From assembly GCA_963844035.1 (NCBI GenBank), contig CAWJMT010000011.1, forward strand, positions 1 through 22,935: DNA of 22,935 nucleotides. Reading direction: 5' to 3'. Every line of letters starts with the position of its first letter. Positions within the stretch are counted from its first letter, which is position 1. The notes under the pieces are model-generated. The model did not search any database and had not been told where the DNA came from. It saw nothing but the letters and a program-made list of their open reading frames with translations. Below, one piece after another: positions 17,288 through 22,935 of the stretch. A program made the translations under genes and the position numbers. The DNA comes from an uncultured Gemmatimonadales bacterium. GTDB taxonomy: Bacteria > Gemmatimonadota > Gemmatimonadetes > Gemmatimonadales > GWC2-71-9.

Positions 17288-18253
17288 ATGAAACGCTCAC
17301 CTGTTGTGGCACCTCGCTCCGACGCGGCTGGTCGGCCTCGACCTAAGACAGGGCAAAAACTTCTGCGGCTTGCAGTTGGCAAGGCAGTGCGGCGGGCGCG
17401 CCGCATGGCCCGCACGGTCAAGACGCGCGTTGCGGAGGCGCGCTGGGAGGCGGCGTACGAGGCGTCGCGGGCACGGTCCAGCCGGCAGGTGCCGCGGTCG
17501 GGCGCGCCGGACCCCGGCGGTTCGGCCGGCCAGGGGAGAGCGGCGGGCGGTGGCGGTATGAGCATCGAGATGTGGCGTGCCGATGACGGCGGGCGTGCCG
17601 TCCTTCAGGGCAAGCTGCAGCGGGCGGTGTTCGATGAATTCGCGACCGAGCAAGTGCTCGACGCGGCGGACATCAGGGTTGCGGTCGAGGGTCGTGTGGT
17701 GACGCTTTCCGGAACGGCAAAGAGTTATCCCGACAAGCTCCTCGCGGAGCGCGCCGCCAAGCGCGTGCGAGGGGTGCAGATGGTGCGTGATGTAGTCGAG
17801 GTCGTGCCGCCCCCGTCGGCGCAGCGCACCGATTGGGAGATCACGCTCGCGGCGATGCAGGTGCTCGAGTCGCACGTCCTGGTTCCGCGTGACCGGGTGC
17901 AGGTTGCGGTGGTTGGGGGATGCATCGAGCTGACGGGCGAAGTGGGCCGTGGTGCCGAGCGCCGCGCAGCCGAGCAAGCGGTGCAGTGTCTGGTGGGAGT
18001 GAAAGGCGTGACCAACAACATCACCGTCACGCTGGCCGCACTCCCCGAGGATCGTCTCCGCGCGCGGGTGATGGCAGCGGTGGCGCGCAGCGCGACGCGG
18101 CGCGGGAATCACGTGAACGTCGCGGTCGAAAACGGCGACGTGGTGCTGCAGGGCAAGGTGCCCTCCGTCGCCGAGCGCGAGCGAGTCGAACAGGCCGCGT
18201 GGGACGTGCCGGCCGTGACCAGCGTGCGGAATCAGCTGCGCATCACCCGCTAG
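17288..18253 (+). CDS. Triple BON-domain (OsmY-like) protein; start at 17288 or 17558
   Basis: Three repeats of V.V..G.V.L.G.V....E...AE..A..V.GV..V.N; GGAG SD before ATG 17288, but the BON region starts after ATG 17558. Confidence 0.85.
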   Translation: MKRSPVVAPRSDAAGRPRPKTGQKLLRLAVGKAVRRARRMARTVKTRVAEARWEAAYEASRARSSRQVPRSGAPDPGGSAGQGRAAGGGGMSIEMWRADDGGRAVLQGKLQRAVFDEFATEQVLDAADIRVAVEGRVVTLSGTAKSYPDKLLAERAAKRVRGVQMVRDVVEVVPPPSAQRTDWEITLAAMQVLESHVLVPRDRVQVAVVGGCIELTGEVGRGAERRAAEQAVQCLVGVKGVTNNITVTLAALPEDRLRARVMAAVARSATRRGNHVNVAVENGDVVLQGKVPSVAERERVEQAAWDVPAVTSVRNQLRITR

Positions 18254-18547
18254 GGCGCCCATAGGCTTCGTCTAAACGAGTCGAGCGCGCAGCTCCTGGA
18301 AGGGGGGTCGGGGTGTTCCCGATCCCCCGTTTCGATTGGTATCCTATCCTTACGGCCGAGGTTGCAGCGCTCGGATCTGCACGTTTTCCCCTGCTCGACG
18401 GTCGAGGGGGAAGCGTGCTGGGGAAGAATATCGGACCAGGCAAGACCCCGTAGCACCATTCCAGACCGCACCGCGTGGTTGCTGTGCCAACCCGCGCACC
18501 GTTACCTTTGCACTCCTTACGAACTCTTCCCTGAGGAGCGCGCCCCG

Positions 18548-19300
18548 ATCCGCCGCTTCAGCCAGCCCGTGGCTCTCGGGCTCGTCCTCGTCACCCTGAC
18601 GCCCGCCCGCCCCTCCGTTAGCGGGGCGGACGACTGGCAGCTGCTCGGGCGCCGCCGCGTGGGTTCTGAGGCGGAGCGGGACGTCATCGAGGTCGGGGTT
18701 CGGGAAGGGGTGTTCGACGCGATCCGGATCGAGGTTCAGGATGGGGATCTGGAGATCTACAACGTCCGGGTGGTGTTCGGGAGCGGTCTCTCCTGGTCGC
18801 CCGACACACGGGTGCAGATCAGTCGACAGTCGCGCGGGCTCGTGATGGATCTTCCGGGAGAAGCACGCATCATCCGGCGCGTGGAGTTCTGGTACCGGAG
18901 CCATTCGCGGCGCGGCGACGCCACGGTCGCTGTGTTCGGGCGGCAGTTTCACCCACGAGGCGAGGACTGGGCGGGGACCGGCTGGGACCACCTTGGTGCC
19001 CAGCAGCTGGACCCCCGCGGTGACCACGACGTGATCCGGGCGGGGGGCGCGGGCCGGTTCCGGCGGGTCCGCGTCGTGGTCGAAGGCGGCGATCTCGAGC
19101 TGCGCGCCTTCCGAATCGAGTTCAAAGACGGTGACGTCTTTGCGCCTCCCGGACCACTGTATCTACGCGAGCCAACACGCAGCCGGGAGTTCGATTTGCC
19201 AGGTGGCGGGCGAGTGATTCGGCGTATCGATTTTTCCTACCGGCGAATCCGCGGCGGCCGCCAGGGCAGGACGACCGTGCACGTCTACGGCCGCCGTTGA
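18548..19300 (+). CDS. Secreted protein with two tandem DUF2541-like beta domains
   Basis: Duplicated unit W..LG......D.I......F..IR..V..GDLE......F..G...DLPG..R.IRR..F.YR....V.V(F/Y)GR. Signal peptide (I)RRFSQPVALGLVLVTL follows GAGGAG; start codon uncertain (ATC 18548). Confidence 0.7.
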   Translation: MRRFSQPVALGLVLVTLTPARPSVSGADDWQLLGRRRVGSEAERDVIEVGVREGVFDAIRIEVQDGDLEIYNVRVVFGSGLSWSPDTRVQISRQSRGLVMDLPGEARIIRRVEFWYRSHSRRGDATVAVFGRQFHPRGEDWAGTGWDHLGAQQLDPRGDHDVIRAGGAGRFRRVRVVVEGGDLELRAFRIEFKDGDVFAPPGPLYLREPTRSREFDLPGGGRVIRRIDFSYRRIRGGRQGRTTVHVYGRR

Positions 19301-19329
19301 GCGCGCCGGCGCGCGGGTCAGCCTAGGCC

Positions 19330-19755
19330 ATGCGACCGGTCCGCTACACGGTGATCGATCACATCAGCGCGAGCATCGATGAGGTCTTCACGGCTCTCAC
19401 CGATCCTCGCAGCATCGAGCGCTGGCTGCCGGGGTGCGCCGGCGTGGTGGTCGACGGCCCGGTTGGGAAGGGCACTCGACTCAAGGTGCAGTTCGGGGCC
19501 CGGGTTACGGAGCTCGACATCGTGGATTTCCAGCCGCCGCGGACGTTCGGCTGGATCGAGCGCGGCCAGCGACGCGACTACAAGACATTCTTTCAGCTCG
19601 ACTCCACGAGCGGGGCGACGGCGGTGACGATTCAGGAAGTGTGGATGCCGGCGTCTTTTGTCGCGTGGATCCGGGGCCGGTTCTTCTCCAAACGCGACGC
19701 ACTGCGCCACCAGAAGAAGATCCTGCAGAATCTTCGTACCATCCTTACGCCCTAA
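19330..19755 (+). CDS. SRPBCC (START-like) family protein
   Basis: I.ASIDEVFTALTDP....WLPG, G..GKGTR, IVDFQPPRTFGW and a C-terminal amphipathic helix. Confidence 0.85.
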   Translation: MRPVRYTVIDHISASIDEVFTALTDPRSIERWLPGCAGVVVDGPVGKGTRLKVQFGARVTELDIVDFQPPRTFGWIERGQRRDYKTFFQLDSTSGATAVTIQEVWMPASFVAWIRGRFFSKRDALRHQKKILQNLRTILTP

Positions 19756-19809
19756 CGTCGTGAGCCACACTCGCCCACTCGAGGGATCCGCCGATGGCGG
19801 GGGGATCGT

Positions 19810-20427
19810 GTGACGCTGTCCACCCCCCAGGTGCTGGTGCTGGGCTACCACCTCCTGAGCCGCCTCGCCTACGTGCTCTACGTCGGGTGCGCCCTCAAGG
19901 CGCAGGAACGGAACGGTGCGTTCACGCGCCGCTGGGGCGCCGAACGAGGATTCCGGCGGTTCCGGCGGATCGCCGCGCTCGTCATGAACAATGATGGCGT
20001 GAGCTTCGCCGTCGTGTGCATCGTGAGCTGGGACACGCTGAGCGTACCGCTCCCCCAAGAGGCGGTGATCGGCGCGGGATTGGTTCTCCTGGTCTTCGGA
20101 GGCCTCACCAAGTTCTGGGCCGCCAAGACGCTCGGCGAGCGTGCCTACTACTGGCACAACTTCTTTACGGCCGAGCGTGCGCCCCTCAATACGCGGGGGC
20201 CTTACCGCTTTCTCAAGAACCCGATGTACACGGTGGGCTACCTCCCGTTGTACGGGCTCGCGCTGTTCACGATGTCGCTGCCAGGGCTCCTTGCGGCCGT
20301 CTTCGACCACGTGGCGATTCTCGCCTTCCACCGGTGGGTGGAGAAGCCCCACTTCGAGCGCTGGTCCGGAGCGATGGAGCCGGTAGGAACATCGTCCGAT
20401 CAGCGAGGCGACACCACGGCCGACTAG
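19810..20427 (+). CDS. PEMT/ICMT-family integral-membrane methyltransferase
   Basis: TM helices; LG...YYW..FF; GPYRFLKNPMYTVG; VEKPHF. Confidence 0.82.
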   Translation: MTLSTPQVLVLGYHLLSRLAYVLYVGCALKAQERNGAFTRRWGAERGFRRFRRIAALVMNNDGVSFAVVCIVSWDTLSVPLPQEAVIGAGLVLLVFGGLTKFWAAKTLGERAYYWHNFFTAERAPLNTRGPYRFLKNPMYTVGYLPLYGLALFTMSLPGLLAAVFDHVAILAFHRWVEKPHFERWSGAMEPVGTSSDQRGDTTAD

Positions 20428-20506
20428 TCATTTGACGCGGCCTGTCCCGGCCGTTCGATTAGCCGCGGGTTAGTGGTCATGTTCCTGGGCCTGCAAGGGG
20501 GGATCA

Positions 20507-20797
20507 ATGCTCGAGTGGCTCTTGGCGGGGACTCTGTTCTGGGTGGCGGCTGCGCTGTACTTCGGTGGATTGGAGCACGACGTGCAGGGTGGGACGGGAT
20601 TTCGGCAGTTCATCGGGCTGCTCCTCACGTACGCGATCTTCCTGGTCGTCTGGGCCGTGCTGCACAAGGTCCTTGGGGAGCATACGGCGAAGGGGTTGCT
20701 GCTTGCGTCCGTAATCACCGCGCTGTTGCTGCCGCTCGAGGCGCGGGTGGGCTTCATGCTCGTGGGCGCCAAACTACGAAAGAGCTCCTCGCACTAG
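20507..20797 (+). CDS. Small membrane protein (about 3 TM)
   Basis: Three hydrophobic segments, G-rich SD, followed by a terminator. Confidence 0.7.
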   Translation: MLEWLLAGTLFWVAAALYFGGLEHDVQGGTGFRQFIGLLLTYAIFLVVWAVLHKVLGEHTAKGLLLASVITALLLPLEARVGFMLVGAKLRKSSSH

Positions 20798-20804
20798 CGA
20801 AGAC

Positions 20805-20841
20805 AACGAGGGGTCTCCTTGCGGAGACCCCTCGTTTTTTT
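20805..20841 (+). terminator. Strong intrinsic terminator, probably also ending amtB on the opposite strand
   Basis: 14-bp perfect stem AACGAGGGGTCTCC-TTGC-GGAGACCCCTCGTT followed by a T tract. Confidence 0.9.
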
Positions 20842-20866
20842 CCTGCACTTCATCCCACTGCTGGGA

Positions 20867-22229
20867 TCAGGCCATCGCCGCCGACTTCTTGGCGGCTCCA
20901 CCCGGCGACGACACGATCACGCCTTCGCCGAGCGACAAGCCCGGTGACGCGGTCCCGCCAACATCGCCGAAGTACGCTTCCTCGCCGTGCTCGCTGATAT
21001 CGAGTCCGGAGAGCTGCTCGCGCACATCAGCCTTGATGCCGATCGTCGCCTTGAGAAGCGTGAGGAAGACGACGGTGCCGACCACTGAGATAGCGATGGC
21101 GGCAAGGATCGCCACCAGCTGCACGCCGATCTGGCCCGGGTTCCCATACAATAGACCGTTGTTCCCGGCCGGGTTCACGGCCTTGGTTGCGAACACGCCG
21201 GTCAACAAGGCGCCTGCGACGCCCGCCATGCCGTGGCAGGAAAAGACATCGAGCGAGTCGTCGAGCCGCGACTTGGATCGGATCTGAATCGCCGTATAGC
21301 TGACGAACACGCCGATGGCGCCGATCGCGAGTGACGCAGTCGCGGTCACAAATCCCGCCGCCGGAGTGATGGCGACGAGCCCGACCACGAGGCCGGTTGC
21401 GGCGCCGACCGCGGTGGCCTTGCCGGTGCGCATGAGATCAAGGCAGACCCACGTCACCATCGCCATCGCGGCGGCGGTGTTCGTGTTCGTGAATGCCAGC
21501 GCGGCGAGGCCGTTGGCAGCCAGCGCCGAGCCCGCATTGAATCCGAACCAGCCGAACCACAGGAGCCCCGCGCCGAGCAGCACGAGCGGGACGTTGTGGG
21601 GCACGATCGGGACGCGTTTGAAGTCCTTGCGGGGGCCGAGCATCTTCGCGGCGACGAGCGCCGAGAAGCCGGCGCTGATGTGCACGACGGTGCCGCCCGC
21701 GAAGTCGAGCGCGCCCTTCGCCTGCAGCCAGCCATACGCCCCAGACCCAGTGCGCGAGCGGATCGTAGACGAAGGTGGCCCAGAGGAGGATGAACATCAC
21801 GTAGGCGGGGAACTTCATCCGCTCCACGATCGCGCCCGAGATCAGCGCGGGCGTGATGATCGCGAACATCAGCTGGAACATGGAATGCGCCTGCAGCGGA
21901 ATGGTCGCCGAATAGGCGGGGTCGGGGTCGAGGCCGACACCCTTGAACCCGAGCCAGGCGAGCCCGCCCCAGATCGAGTTGCCGTGCGCGAAGGCGATGG
22001 AGTAGCCCACGATGATCCATTGGACGCTCACGACGCCGAGCGCGACCATGCTCATCATCATCGTGTTCAGGGAATTCTTCGGACGGACCAGGCCGCCGTA
22101 GAAGAACGCCAGGCCGACGGTCATGACCATGACCAGTGCCGAGGAGGTGAGCACCCAGGCCGTGTCGCCGGCGCTGATGACGGGTGCAGCGGCGGCGGCG
22201 ACGCTGTCTGCCAGCATGGACGGGCTCAT
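20867..22229 (-). CDS. amtB: Ammonium transporter AmtB; frameshift near 21735
   Basis: GDTAW, GLAFFYGGLVR.KN, FQLMFAIITPAL, HWVWG, DFAGGTVVH, WFGWFGFNAGS, GLVAITPA, DDSLDVFSCHG, GLDISEHGE. Both conserved His residues are intact. Confidence 0.95.
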
Positions 22230-22631
22230 GATTTCTCTCCGTGCTGCGCCACTTCGAGGGCGTGGCGCTGGACTTGGTCGGCGTTGACCGCGGTCAGTGC
22301 GGCGTTGTCCGCCTCACCGGTGCGGATGCGGATGACTCGCTCGAGCGGCCTGAACGAAGATCTTGCCGTCGCCCACTTCGCCGGTGCGGGCGGACGCGAG
22401 GATTGCCTTGATGGTCGCTTCGACGAACGGCTCGGAGACGGCCATCTCGATCTTCACCTTCTCGTGGAACTCCATGACGACGGTGGTTCCCCGATACTGG
22501 CCGACGACCTCTTGCTCCCCGCCGTGGCCACTCACACGACTCAGCGTGATGCCGGTAACGCCTGCCTGGAACAGCGCCGCCTTGACTTCCGGCAGCCGCT
22601 CAGGCCGAACGATCGTAGTGATGAGTTTCAT
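22226..22631 (-). CDS. glnK: P-II nitrogen regulatory protein GlnK; frameshift near 22350
   Basis: MKLITTIVRPE, YRG, KVKIE, ARTGEVGDGKIFV, then in the shifted frame PLERVIRIRTGE; the stop overlaps the amtB ATG (ATGA). Confidence 0.93.
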
Positions 22632-22683
22632 GGTCCCAAGTGATGAGTGATGGGTGAGCCAGAGATCAGCAGCTCGGTCTCGC

Positions 22684-22712
22684 AACGTATCGCCCGTTGC
22701 GCGCGGTGTCAA
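22684..22712 (-). promoter_or_regulatory. Sigma70 promoter for glnK-amtB
   Basis: TTGACA (22712-22707), 17-nt spacer, TACGTT (22689-22684). Confidence 0.65.
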
Positions 22713-22718
22713 GTGTTT

Positions 22719-22810
22719 CGTGCAGTTCTTGCATGATTCGTGTAGCAGTTGTGCCGCACTACAGCCGTTTTCATGCCAAGTGAGCATCAAACTGTGCTTG
22801 TTGCGCACAG
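22719..22810. promoter_or_regulatory. Palindromic regulator sites and a possible sigma54 promoter upstream of glnK
   Basis: CTGTGC-N7-GCACAG (22792-22810), GTGCA-N5-TGCAT (22720-22734), and minus-strand TTGGCATGAAAACGGC (GG-N10-GC, 22779-22764). Confidence 0.45.
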
Positions 22811-22935
22811 AACGATGCTAACCCACGACAGCACACAGGGTTGCTGGCGGTGCGCGCCACCCCCTGCTCAGCGGGCACTATCTTGGTGCGCCTACAACCC
22901 ACGAGCCGAGGTCGATTCGTGCTGGTCCCCAAGCT

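Overview
GC-rich bacterial chromosomal segment; gene content resembles Gemmatimonadota, which is inference only. Several conserved genes carry isolated frameshifts that look like long-read indel errors. Left to right: a partial TPR-like gene (-, absent from the ORF track); a solitary GspH/FimT-type pseudopilin; a structured intergenic element (candidate sRNA); a minus-strand run of mqnD, a REC+HD-GYP regulator and an NDUFA9-like SDR; a small protein/lipoprotein/Omp85 operon; a TetR-TolC-MFP-RND efflux operon continuing into a secreted Cam-type gamma carbonic anhydrase and a metallophosphoesterase; tRNA-Cys(GCA); secreted, Cys-rich, BON, DUF2541-like, SRPBCC, PEMT-like and membrane genes; and glnK-amtB (-). 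No mobile element, CRISPR array or defence system was seen. The best leads are an HD-GYP enzyme with the RxxQ cGAMP-phosphodiesterase signature, an orphan multi-hairpin RNA sharing a promoter-like motif with a secreted-protein gene, an archaeal-Cam-like exported carbonic anhydrase inside an efflux operon, and repeated apparent CTG/ATC start codons.
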